DNA of 64,000 nucleotides from Candidatus Shapirobacteria bacterium. GTDB lineage: Bacteria > Patescibacteriota > Microgenomatia > UBA12405. Below, piece after piece: positions 29,441 to 38,580 of the stretch. Positions within the stretch are counted from its first letter, which is position 1. Every line of letters starts with the position of its first letter. The position numbers and the translations under genes were made by a program. The notes under the pieces are model-generated. The model worked only from the letters and a program-made list of their open reading frames with translations. It was not told the origin of the DNA and searched no databases. The stretch covers positions 430,819-494,818 of the forward strand of contig JBAZYN010000001.1 in assembly GCA_041659325.1 (NCBI GenBank), given 5' to 3'.

Positions 29441-30107
29441 AAAATTAATCGGCGTAAAATTCAAAGATCCCCAAATCCTCAATCAGGCGTTAATCCATCG
29501 GTCATATCTCAACGAAAACAAAAATCTCATGTTACTTTCAAACGAAAGATACGAATTTTTGGGTGACGCCGTTTTGGAAATGTGGATTTCCGAAACCCTT
29601 TTTAAAATGTTCCCGCACTATAGCGAAGGGGACCTCACCAACCTCCGTGCCCTAATTGTCTGTACCCAAAATTTAGCCCTGGTCTCCGCCTCCTACAACC
29701 TTGGCGACTATATCTATTTGTCAAAAGGAGAGGAAACCCACGGCGGCCGGACCAACACCTCCATCCTGGCCGATACTTTCGAAGCCGTTCTCGGCGCCGT
29801 CTTCCTCGATCGTGGTTACAAAGTCTCCTTTGAGTTTCTAAAAACTGCCCTCTCAAAAAACGTAACCGAAATCGCAAAACAAAAAATTTACAAAGATCCC
29901 AAAAGCATTTTCCAGGAAATTGCCCAGGAGGTTAGGGGAGTCACCCCTCACTACCAAACAATCAGTGAATCCGGTCCCGACCACCAAAAAACTTTCGAAG
30001 TCGGAGTATTTTTAAATGATGAGATGATCGCCTCCGGCACCGGTAATTCCAAACAAAAAGCCGAAGAAAACGCCTCCCAAAAAGCCTCCGAAATCATCTC
30101 CGGCTAA
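29409..30107 (+). CDS. rnc: Ribonuclease III
   Basis: The RNase III signature ERYEFLGDAVLE and a C-terminal dsRBD. Confidence 0.9.
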   Translation: MPHNQNQNQLEKLIGVKFKDPQILNQALIHRSYLNENKNLMLLSNERYEFLGDAVLEMWISETLFKMFPHYSEGDLTNLRALIVCTQNLALVSASYNLGDYIYLSKGEETHGGRTNTSILADTFEAVLGAVFLDRGYKVSFEFLKTALSKNVTEIAKQKIYKDPKSIFQEIAQEVRGVTPHYQTISESGPDHQKTFEVGVFLNDEMIASGTGNSKQKAEENASQKASEIISG

Positions 30108-30154
30108 AACTCCATTACTTTAAACTTTCGACAAATTAGGTTATAATCCCCCAT

Positions 30155-30457
30155 ATGCTAAAAATTAAACTTACTCCAAGAGGGACAAAACATCACCTCA
30201 GTTACCGGATAGTTGTCTCCGAAGCCAGAAGCAAATATAACGGAAATTTTGCCGACGATCTCGGCTTCTATACTCCCCAAACCAAAACCCTGCAAGTCAA
30301 CAAAGAAAAAATCGTTGATTGGCAAAAAAAGGGGGCCATCCTTACTGTCGGCGTAGATAAACTTTTGAACCCCAAAAAAATTCCTAAAAAAACTAAAAAA
30401 ACCACCAAAGATACTAAAGCCGAAACTCCGAAAGTAGAGGAAAAAGTTAAAGAATAA
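30155..30457 (+). CDS. rpsP: 30S ribosomal protein S16
   Basis: An S16 N-terminus (MLKIKLTPRGTKHH.YRIVV) and a basic tail. Confidence 0.85.
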   Translation: MLKIKLTPRGTKHHLSYRIVVSEARSKYNGNFADDLGFYTPQTKTLQVNKEKIVDWQKKGAILTVGVDKLLNPKKIPKKTKKTTKDTKAETPKVEEKVKE

Positions 30458-30459
30458 TT

Positions 30460-30693
30460 ATGGCCAAAATCACCGAAACTCTCGAATATATCGTAAAAGC
30501 CATTACCCCCGCCGATTCAGCTATCACCATCGAAGAAAGGGACGAAAACGGTCTTTTAATTCTCGAAATTGTTGCCCCCACCGAGCTTATCGGGCAAATC
30601 ATCGGGAAAGAAGGCAAAATAATCAAATCAATCCGCACCATCCTTAACCTGACTTATCCAAATACTAAGTTTACTCTCGATATCAGGGGTTAA
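30460..30693 (+). CDS. KH-domain RNA-binding protein (YlqC/UPF0109 family)
   Basis: A 77-aa protein with the GxxG KH loop (IGKEGKII). It sits in the conserved position after rpsP. Confidence 0.75.
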   Translation: MAKITETLEYIVKAITPADSAITIEERDENGLLILEIVAPTELIGQIIGKEGKIIKSIRTILNLTYPNTKFTLDIRG

Positions 30694-31438
30694 ACGGATC
30701 TTTCCTGTCGTATTTTACAAATGTCTTTTTCTCGTCACTTTCCCCCAGTTCGATTTTCGCCCGTGGAGTATCTTCAATCGGGGTAAAGGCGGAAAGTTTT
30801 TTTAGCACATCAGTTTCTTCCTGTTTCATAACCAAATCCGCCAACGAGATGTTGGCTGATTTTTCCACCGTCTTTTCGCTCAAATAGTACGAGGACATAT
30901 CAAGAGTCAGCTCCATTACCTGTCCCACCGACCGGACGTTAAAACTATCTATCGACAAAATCGGCAAATTTCTCTCAATCCCCAAAAGTAGCCCCAGATA
31001 CCCCTCCTTGGGGCCAACAATAACCACTTTAATAGGTAGTTTCGGCTCTACTTCATTCCGACTCACGGTTCCCGGGCTGATCATAAAACTTTCCACCACA
31101 AAACCATGCTTTTCCGATATTCTCCGGATTATATTAACCAGATAGTACGAATCCTTCCCGTTCATCAGCGCGCTTTCCAAACTTTCCGCCTGGCTTTTCA
31201 TTTCCGCCTGATCAACCTGTGTTAAATAGGCAATCTTTTCCCTAAGATCTTTTGTCTTTTGCGCAAATTTACTCGATTCTCCCTTCATCGAATTCATTTG
31301 CTCAATTCTGGGCGTCACCACTACATTTATGCTTATTAGCACAATTATTACCAATATGACCGGCCAAATATAAATAACCAACAAATTACCTTCAATCCCA
31401 AAAACCTTATCAGGGAGATTCATTTTAAAATATTTCAT
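30683..31438 (-). CDS. pilO: Type IV pilus assembly protein PilO-like
   Basis: An N-terminal TM helix plus coiled coil, in the conserved pilMNO order. Confidence 0.55.
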   Translation of the reverse strand: MKYFKMNLPDKVFGIEGNLLVIYIWPVILVIIVLISINVVVTPRIEQMNSMKGESSKFAQKTKDLREKIAYLTQVDQAEMKSQAESLESALMNGKDSYYLVNIIRRISEKHGFVVESFMISPGTVSRNEVEPKLPIKVVIVGPKEGYLGLLLGIERNLPILSIDSFNVRSVGQVMELTLDMSSYYLSEKTVEKSANISLADLVMKQEETDVLKKLSAFTPIEDTPRAKIELGESDEKKTFVKYDRKDPFNP

Positions 31439-31980
31439 TTTATCTTCACCTCCATATCAAAAGTCCATCCTTTTTCAGTTGAATACACCAACGAATTTAG
31501 CTTTGCCGACATAAAACCCTCAGACAAACCGTCGTTAACATCCCGAACAATTTCCTCCAGTGTATCTACCTCTTTCCAATCAGGCACCACCCCCGAAACA
31601 CTAAAAATTTTTTGGCTTTTAAGTTCATATTTGTCCAGGTTAATCACCGATGGAAACAAAGTAGTTACCGTTTGAAAAGCTTTCCCATACTCAAACCTTT
31701 TGTTCAATATTTCTCCCACAATTTTTGCCCGATATTTCAGTTGTTCACTGTTTAATACTGCATCAGAGATTCCCTGAAAATCTGTTACCGCTTTCTTATA
31801 TTTCTTTTCATCTGCCACTAGAGCCATTTTTGCCAAAAACCAAAACAAAAAAACAACCACCAACCCCAAAACCCAGAGCACCGAGATCAAAATCATTACC
31901 CTACTTACCTGGGACTTAACTTTGATTCTCGCCGCCTGAAATTTTGCCTGAGATGGCAACAGGTTTAAATCCGCGCTCAT
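31435..31980 (-). CDS. pilN: Type IV pilus assembly protein PilN
   Basis: The N-terminal DLNLLP signature, then a TM helix. Confidence 0.65.
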   Translation of the reverse strand: MSADLNLLPSQAKFQAARIKVKSQVSRVMILISVLWVLGLVVVFLFWFLAKMALVADEKKYKKAVTDFQGISDAVLNSEQLKYRAKIVGEILNKRFEYGKAFQTVTTLFPSVINLDKYELKSQKIFSVSGVVPDWKEVDTLEEIVRDVNDGLSEGFMSAKLNSLVYSTEKGWTFDMEVKIK

Positions 31981-33005
31981 ACCAACCCCCTTAATCCTAG
32001 CCCCACCGCCAGACTAAATCGACATCCCTCAGACGCCAAATTTATCGGTATCACTAGCTTAGTCGTGTCAATATGCAAAAACGGTTGGATAACCTGCACC
32101 TCCACTCCCAATAATCTGGTTATCTCTTCAGCCAATCCCGGCAAATTAGCCCCACCACCGCTTAAAACTAGCAAATCCACCGGCCGACCCTGCTCTTCCA
32201 GAAAAAGTGACATTGCTTTTCTGATCTCATCCGCCATGTTACTAAACACCGGCGCAATCGCATTTTTAATCTTGCCCTCCAGTTCCATTTCCTTCATCCC
32301 ATATGCTTTTTTGTATTCTTCCGCCGAGGCCATATCCAACCCCAAGTTAACCGAAATTGCCCTGGTTATAGACTCACCCCCCACCGACATTGATCGAGTA
32401 AAGGCAATATTCTTTTTGTTCAAGCTAACAATGTCAGAATACTTTTCTCCCATATCAATTAGCATTATCCCTTGCACGTTCGATACCGAGCTATTCAAAA
32501 CCCTCTTCATCGCCACCGCCGGAGACTCCAGTGCCAAAAGTTCCAATCCCGCAAATTTAAACAATTTAACATACGCCTGAATTAGTTCATTTCGAGCCGC
32601 AATTGCAAATACTGCCAATCTTCCGGCACTATCTTTTTCGACAATTTCATAATCTATCGACACCTGGTCAAGTGGGTAGGGGACAAAGGTCTCCGCCTCA
32701 AACTTCAACGCATCTCTAATTTCACTGTCTTTCAGTGGCGGTAGTCTAATCAATCGGCTGATTACTTCATCTTCCGGCAGACAAGCCACTACATTTCTGG
32801 CTTTTATTTTTAGATCAGACAACAGCAGTCTAATTGCGGCCACCACCTCCTCAACTGGCTTATTTTTAGTTGTACTCTTTATCCAGTCATAGTTGGGGGT
32901 TTTTGTCTCCCCGATAGATTCCAAAGACAACCCTGATTTATCTCCGCTTATCTGGACGACTTTTATCGAACCCATCCCGATATCCAAGCCAAAAAAATCA
33001 CTCAT
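31977..33005 (-). CDS. pilM: Type IV pilus assembly ATPase-fold protein PilM
   Basis: An actin-like fold (FGLDIGMGSIKVV), 342 aa. Confidence 0.8.
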   Translation of the reverse strand: MSDFFGLDIGMGSIKVVQISGDKSGLSLESIGETKTPNYDWIKSTTKNKPVEEVVAAIRLLLSDLKIKARNVVACLPEDEVISRLIRLPPLKDSEIRDALKFEAETFVPYPLDQVSIDYEIVEKDSAGRLAVFAIAARNELIQAYVKLFKFAGLELLALESPAVAMKRVLNSSVSNVQGIMLIDMGEKYSDIVSLNKKNIAFTRSMSVGGESITRAISVNLGLDMASAEEYKKAYGMKEMELEGKIKNAIAPVFSNMADEIRKAMSLFLEEQGRPVDLLVLSGGGANLPGLAEEITRLLGVEVQVIQPFLHIDTTKLVIPINLASEGCRFSLAVGLGLRGLV

Positions 33006-33028
33006 ACTCTAAGTATAGCCATACTTTC

Positions 33029-33859
33029 TCACTTACTCAACACACGGCTGCCAGATGTTATCGCGTCCATCATAAAAAATGGTACTTTATAGCCTCTTAC
33101 GACCGTTACCTTTTTGTTCACACCAACATTGCTTAAATCTCCTGCCCGTCCCACCGATGTAATCTCCTCGCCCTGAGACGGAAAATCATACGCTGCGTTG
33201 CTCATCGATACCCTGGTGTTATTAAACAAAGGTGTCACGGAAACTAAAAGAGTCTTATTCCCCATTCCCAGGGGGAAATTAAAACAGCCCAAAGTCAAAG
33301 CCTGGTCAACAAATCCACTCACGCTATCGCTGCCGCCACCGATATTAAACCCATACCTTCCGACCTTATATTCATCCGTTGCTCCGTCTTTATAAAAATA
33401 ATCAACCTTCAGCGCCCCGACAAAGGCACTGTCAACACATATGTCTACGTCCGTACCGATAAAATGATTCGAGCTGATTGATCCGTCAGTATTATGTTCC
33501 ACCAACCAAAATAACGCCTTCTGATTCTTCAAGGTATAATTCTCAAAGTTCAACTCGTGAACCCCCACTCCACCCAACTGCCTCACCGTTACATCTGCCC
33601 TTTCCTGATTACCAGGATTTGAATAACTGGTTTTAGTCCCTTCAGAGCCAAGATAATAATCAATTCCGGATTCTGCAGCACTAAAAGCTTTCTTTAGCAG
33701 CTCCTCGTCGGTATCAATTCTGGTTTCCACCGTCGTCTTTTTGGAAATTGATAGCCCGAATGTCAATACCACCGCCGACACTATAAGCACGATCAGTGCC
33801 ACCTGGCCACTTTTTCCCTTAATTATAAATTTTAAATTAAGAATTATAAATTTTTTCAC
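33029..33859 (-). CDS. Hypothetical pilus-locus protein with N-terminal hydrophobic anchor
   Basis: An N-terminus KGKSGQVALIVLIVSAVVL that is pilin-like but lacks Glu5. A beta-rich C-terminal part. Confidence 0.4.
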   Translation of the reverse strand: MKKFIILNLKFIIKGKSGQVALIVLIVSAVVLTFGLSISKKTTVETRIDTDEELLKKAFSAAESGIDYYLGSEGTKTSYSNPGNQERADVTVRQLGGVGVHELNFENYTLKNQKALFWLVEHNTDGSISSNHFIGTDVDICVDSAFVGALKVDYFYKDGATDEYKVGRYGFNIGGGSDSVSGFVDQALTLGCFNFPLGMGNKTLLVSVTPLFNNTRVSMSNAAYDFPSQGEEITSVGRAGDLSNVGVNKKVTVVRGYKVPFFMMDAITSGSRVLSK

Positions 33860-36526
33860 TTATCTTCCCTCCTTCCAGCCCGACAATACTTTTGTCAATT
33901 CTGCTGGCAAATTAAACATTAAATCCGATCGGTAGTTAACCAAAACTGCCGGTTTTGTGTTGTTTATTATCTTATCAGTATATCCTCTTGTTAAACTAAT
34001 ATCTCCGCCGGGAGTATAAATCACCCCGTTTATCACCAATTGCTCTGCCGAGACTCCTGGTGTCTCAAAGCCACCGTTTGCCAGAAATATCCCGTCCACC
34101 TGATTCACCGTCTCTTGGACTGTAATTTTACCCGAAACTACCACCATCAAAAACCCCACAGGATTTCTCACGATGTCCTCGTCAATCGAAAGATTCCCAT
34201 TCACAAACACCACCCCTGTTACTCCGGCTCCCAAATTACTCCAGACAGTGTTCCCCTCAGATACCACTGCCGGCCTCATTATCTTTCTAAAATAATCATA
34301 ATCGTATTTTTCTCCTATAACATTGGATTCCAGCCCCCAGTCGTGCACCTCACCATACTTACACAAACTGCCGCAACCCGAGCTGTTAGAAATAATCGGC
34401 GCCGCCACCAATCCATTACTACCGCCCAAGCCACCAATAGCGATTGCCGGAATACAAGTGGTGTCAATTGCGCAAGTCACCGGGATATTATCAAGAATGG
34501 ACACCATTGCCCCGATACCACCCGATGTCACCTGAAACCACGGCCCCTGGTCTGCTGCCGTCACATAGTCTACCTTTATCTTTGGCTCTGTTTGGTAAGG
34601 GTTAACCACCTGATTAGTTATGTTTAGCCTGGTTGCTGCCGGGCAATTTTCCAAAACCCTTTCCCCGTCATTCACATCCGTAATCTTTAGCAGTCCGCTC
34701 AATACCGGATCCGTCCCAAGTAGCTCAGGGTCAAAATCAGGTGCATATTGTTGCCCAAAAATTAAATGATTTGCATTATCACTGTGATAATCAGAATCAT
34801 TGTCCGCAGTCATTGTTCTGTTAGAAAATTTGTACAGGGAAGAAACATCTTCATACATCAGTCCGCCAAATCCTACACTGTCCGCAATCGGAATCGAATA
34901 TCCGGTATGAGGACAGACCGCCAATAGATCGGCGCTACTGTCATAAACAGTTCCGACTACCTCCACCACACAATCCCACACCTTAAATTGTCTATTCATT
35001 TCCATCCAACCGCCAACACCTGTACTCAACAGACCTCCCCAGGTATCCTCAGCATAAACAAAAAGATCATAGCCGTCAGTCGCGGCCGGCCAACCACTCA
35101 AATCATTAAAGGTTACTGCAAATGTCACTGTCTTATCACTTCCGTTGGTTGTAGCCGTCGATCCAACCGTTACGTTACCACTACGCAAACCGGTCACGCT
35201 TATCCCCGCCGTCATATCATAGTGCAAACTCAAATCAGTACCATCACCAAATCTTAGCTCTACTATCTGAATCTCATCATGAACCGGAGAGGTAGAGTTA
35301 TCAGGGTCGGTCACTGTCACATTAAATTTCACGATTCTCTCACCGGTTGCGGTAAAAAAAACGGGATCACATACATGGTTTCTAATTCCGGTAACAGGAA
35401 TCTCCGTCGGCGTCGGCGCCAGGGTAACCACTGCCGTCGGCTCTGCTGTTGGCACAACCACCGGATCCATACAGATAGCATATGTTTTCAAATCGGTTGG
35501 CCATTCCCTCATCCAATACAACTGCCTGTCAGCCAAATTTTGTTTACACCTCAATTGATAATTTGTCCCCCCCGTCAAGCTAAATTCCGCCGACTGAAAA
35601 GACATTGCCTTCCAACCCTCACCGGCGTCAATGTTAAAATCTACCGAACTACCTTCCGTCGAGATATCTACTGTTCCCATAGAATCGGTTACCTTACAGT
35701 CCAAATGGTTCGTAAACGATCCGCCCCTCTGGCTACCCGCCTTGACTAAAACTCCGTTAACAGTTCCGCTAAAAGAAGGAGTAAACGACATTGTCATCCA
35801 ATCATTCGATATAAAATTTACAGGACTCAAAGAAGCACTATCAAAAGAAACTCCCTGTGGATAAAATCCGGCATCCCCACAGGACGCGACAGTCGGTATC
35901 ACTGCCCCTGTCGGAGTTGGGGGTGGAGCACAGGCAGCGCAGCTATAACTTCCGCCACCATGTACATATTGACAACTAGCCGGCGACCCGGCACAACCCA
36001 TATGACAGCAATTTAATTCATATATCTCATTTCCCCAATCCTGAACACAGGTCGACGGGTCCGTTCTTACACCGCAGACACCACATGTACTGTCACACCC
36101 CGGATAAGTAGTCACCGGAAGGATACTGGTAGGTGTCGGAACGACTGTCGGCGGCGGTGCCGACGCCGAATACAGACAAGCGATAGAGCCATCTTGGTGA
36201 TTGTGGTAGACATAATGGTATCCGCCTCCGTCAAGTGTCACCACGTATCCATCGGTAAACATCAGTCCACATACCCCCGCACTTGGACACCCGCAGCATG
36301 TATCGTCAAACGTCTTTGCTACAGCCGCCCCAGTAATTGAAGCAATACTTACTCCCGTCCTACTGGCCATATTTGCCTTATCAGTCGCCAAAGCTGTCGC
36401 CGCACTAGCCAATACGGATCTAGGTGTGTACCAAAAAACCACAGAAAAAAACAAAACTGCCAATAAAGCTATAAAACCTCTCGAAAAATTCATTCCAACA
36501 TCAGAATACCATACGGAAATTTTCAC
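33860..36526 (-). CDS. Large secreted cysteine-rich modular protein (paralog family member A; putative pilus-associated adhesin)
   Basis: Signal peptide, CCGC module, CGVCGV...NCCHMGC...CAACAPP module, Ig-like middle, and a roughly 250-aa C-terminal domain ending WKEGR that is shared with the 37300-38562 gene. Confidence 0.6.
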   Translation of the reverse strand: MKISVWYSDVGMNFSRGFIALLAVLFFSVVFWYTPRSVLASAATALATDKANMASRTGVSIASITGAAVAKTFDDTCCGCPSAGVCGLMFTDGYVVTLDGGGYHYVYHNHQDGSIACLYSASAPPPTVVPTPTSILPVTTYPGCDSTCGVCGVRTDPSTCVQDWGNEIYELNCCHMGCAGSPASCQYVHGGGSYSCAACAPPPTPTGAVIPTVASCGDAGFYPQGVSFDSASLSPVNFISNDWMTMSFTPSFSGTVNGVLVKAGSQRGGSFTNHLDCKVTDSMGTVDISTEGSSVDFNIDAGEGWKAMSFQSAEFSLTGGTNYQLRCKQNLADRQLYWMREWPTDLKTYAICMDPVVVPTAEPTAVVTLAPTPTEIPVTGIRNHVCDPVFFTATGERIVKFNVTVTDPDNSTSPVHDEIQIVELRFGDGTDLSLHYDMTAGISVTGLRSGNVTVGSTATTNGSDKTVTFAVTFNDLSGWPAATDGYDLFVYAEDTWGGLLSTGVGGWMEMNRQFKVWDCVVEVVGTVYDSSADLLAVCPHTGYSIPIADSVGFGGLMYEDVSSLYKFSNRTMTADNDSDYHSDNANHLIFGQQYAPDFDPELLGTDPVLSGLLKITDVNDGERVLENCPAATRLNITNQVVNPYQTEPKIKVDYVTAADQGPWFQVTSGGIGAMVSILDNIPVTCAIDTTCIPAIAIGGLGGSNGLVAAPIISNSSGCGSLCKYGEVHDWGLESNVIGEKYDYDYFRKIMRPAVVSEGNTVWSNLGAGVTGVVFVNGNLSIDEDIVRNPVGFLMVVVSGKITVQETVNQVDGIFLANGGFETPGVSAEQLVINGVIYTPGGDISLTRGYTDKIINNTKPAVLVNYRSDLMFNLPAELTKVLSGWKEGR

Positions 36527-36557
36527 TTCAAACGGCCAATGAGATTTTTACCCGTCC

Positions 36558-37232
36558 CTACTTTGAGTCAAAAAAGGTCAGTCCGGCAAACACCGACTTG
36601 CCCAATATACTTTTGTAGCAAACAGTATTTTTGTCCCAAACCGAGCCGCCGGTTACTTGCGGGTTAAAATCAAGTGGATATCCCACCGGATTTGTCTCCT
36701 TCACATATATACTTCTCATCGGATAGCCGGAACAAACAGCCGTCCATTTTCCTGTTGAGTCTGTAGTGACCGTACCGCAAGTCCAATGCCTCCCCGAACA
36801 TGAACCCATGTCAACCCGATGGACCAAAACCTTTGCCGAGGCCAACATTTTACCGGTCTTGTAGTTCTTGACATACCCGGAAACTGTTTTTCTCACCAAC
36901 TCTTGTCGGGCAAGACATCTTACTAGTCCTGAATTATCAGTATTATAGGTATATTTCATCCCTGCCCCTTCCAAAGCAATTATATAACCGCCCGTTTGCA
37001 CCTGTGCACAAACCTTACTTGTATTACAACCACAACAACTATCAGAAAAAGTGACACTCTTTGTACTTAATACATAAATTTCACTCGCAGAAAGCCCCAA
37101 CTTAGAAGACATATTGGCAATACTATTTTTAATTGCCACTCCCTCATCCGCTCTCACATTCTCAGCCGGCTTCAGGCAAAAAACAAATAATGCCAAACAT
37201 AAAACAGTTGCTACTTTTTTTATTGTCTTCAT
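36558..37232 (-). CDS. Secreted cysteine-rich protein (paralog family member B)
   Basis: Signal peptide plus the module SCCGCN..KVC..GGY..L.G.G.KY.Y, shared with the 33860 gene. Confidence 0.55.
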   Translation of the reverse strand: MKTIKKVATVLCLALFVFCLKPAENVRADEGVAIKNSIANMSSKLGLSASEIYVLSTKSVTFSDSCCGCNTSKVCAQVQTGGYIIALEGAGMKYTYNTDNSGLVRCLARQELVRKTVSGYVKNYKTGKMLASAKVLVHRVDMGSCSGRHWTCGTVTTDSTGKWTAVCSGYPMRSIYVKETNPVGYPLDFNPQVTGGSVWDKNTVCYKSILGKSVFAGLTFFDSK

Positions 37233-37299
37233 AATTTTGTACCAGATTATAACTCAACCACCAGACATTGTAAAGTATTATAAGATTAGCAAAATCCGT

Positions 37300-38562
37300 C
37301 TATCTCCCTTCCTTCCACTTCGACACGGAACTGGCCGATACTGAAGGCATTTTAAACATCATATCCGGCCGGTATCGGACCACTACTGCCGGACTGGTAT
37401 TATTTTTTGCTCCATTACTATATCCTCTTGATAATCTTATATCCCCACCGGGGGAATAGAGTACGCCGTTAATCACCAGTTGATTAGGCGACTTTCCATC
37501 TGCCTCAAAACCCAAATCGGCCACATACACCCCATTTATTTCTTTCACCTCTGTATCAACACTAATTTTTCCCGAAACTACCATCATAAAAAAACCTGAT
37601 TTCGGCATCATTTCTTCGGTAATATCCTCATCAATCACCAAATTCCCCTGAACGTATACAATTTCCTCTCCTTCGCTATATGGTCCAATATCATCTTCAT
37701 AACTAAGGCTACTTCCCCTAAAAACCTTCCCCACAGAATACTTTTGATAATAATTATCCAGAAAATACTGGTATCCATATCTCTCACCGATTATATATAG
37801 CTCCTCCCCCCAGTCTTTGGGAAACCCGTATTTACACTCACTTCCACAGTCAGTGTCATTGTCGATGTTTGGCGCTGCCACCAGTCCATTATCTCCACTT
37901 ACATCCCTTATTGTCATCGCAGCGACACATCCCATGCTCTTATCGTCAGCACACGTCTCGGGGATACTGTTTACAATTTCTATTCCGGCCGCTATGCCGC
38001 CGGCTGTCACTTGAAACCATGCCTCTTGATCTTCCGGTGTCGGAGTTGTTGGCACTCCGGGTACGAAGGTAGTCGCAGGGGAGGGGATTAAAGTTGGAAA
38101 GCCTCCCATCGGCGCCACCAACAAACAATATTCTCGACACTCCTCCGAATACAAGGCAACATTTTTACTGAAAGGCGGATTAGGGGCAGTTGCCTCCGGG
38201 AGTTCACTCTTACATCCGCCGTTTGAAATCCACAATCCGGCCGATGCGTTCATCAAACTTGTTGGTACCACCACCCTTCCTCTGCTCAAACAATCATATA
38301 TCGCCACTCTCCAGTCACATCTGCATCTAAAGACTTCGCTATTATAATAATCACTCGCTATCTCCCCCCCGGGATCACACTCCGTCCGTGGTGGTCTTAC
38401 ATCCGTCCAAAAGTCTTCGCATCCGATAGTGCTGGTCTCCCGGTAAACACAATCTGCAGTAAAAGGCCCCACCCCGGCCGGATAAGGGTAGCAAGAGCCG
38501 GCATAGGCATCTTTCAAAAAGCCACTAAACATCGACATCAAAATCAAGATAAAACCAATCAC
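37300..38562 (-). CDS. Secreted cysteine-rich protein (paralog family member C)
   Basis: Signal peptide. The C-terminal 250 aa align with the C-terminus of the 33860-36526 product (...LVINGVLYSPGGDIRLSRGY...WKEGR). Confidence 0.6.
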   Translation of the reverse strand: MIGFILILMSMFSGFLKDAYAGSCYPYPAGVGPFTADCVYRETSTIGCEDFWTDVRPPRTECDPGGEIASDYYNSEVFRCRCDWRVAIYDCLSRGRVVVPTSLMNASAGLWISNGGCKSELPEATAPNPPFSKNVALYSEECREYCLLVAPMGGFPTLIPSPATTFVPGVPTTPTPEDQEAWFQVTAGGIAAGIEIVNSIPETCADDKSMGCVAAMTIRDVSGDNGLVAAPNIDNDTDCGSECKYGFPKDWGEELYIIGERYGYQYFLDNYYQKYSVGKVFRGSSLSYEDDIGPYSEGEEIVYVQGNLVIDEDITEEMMPKSGFFMMVVSGKISVDTEVKEINGVYVADLGFEADGKSPNQLVINGVLYSPGGDIRLSRGYSNGAKNNTSPAVVVRYRPDMMFKMPSVSASSVSKWKEGR

Positions 38563-38580
38563 ATATCCATTCTACAACAC

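Noticed and set aside
34040-35749. Several 60-200-aa plus-strand ORFs inside the large Cys-rich gene (34040-34627, 34988-35257, 35279-35749)
   Set aside because: They are antisense to a continuous 888-aa ORF that has a signal peptide and paralog support. They have biased composition and no start context.
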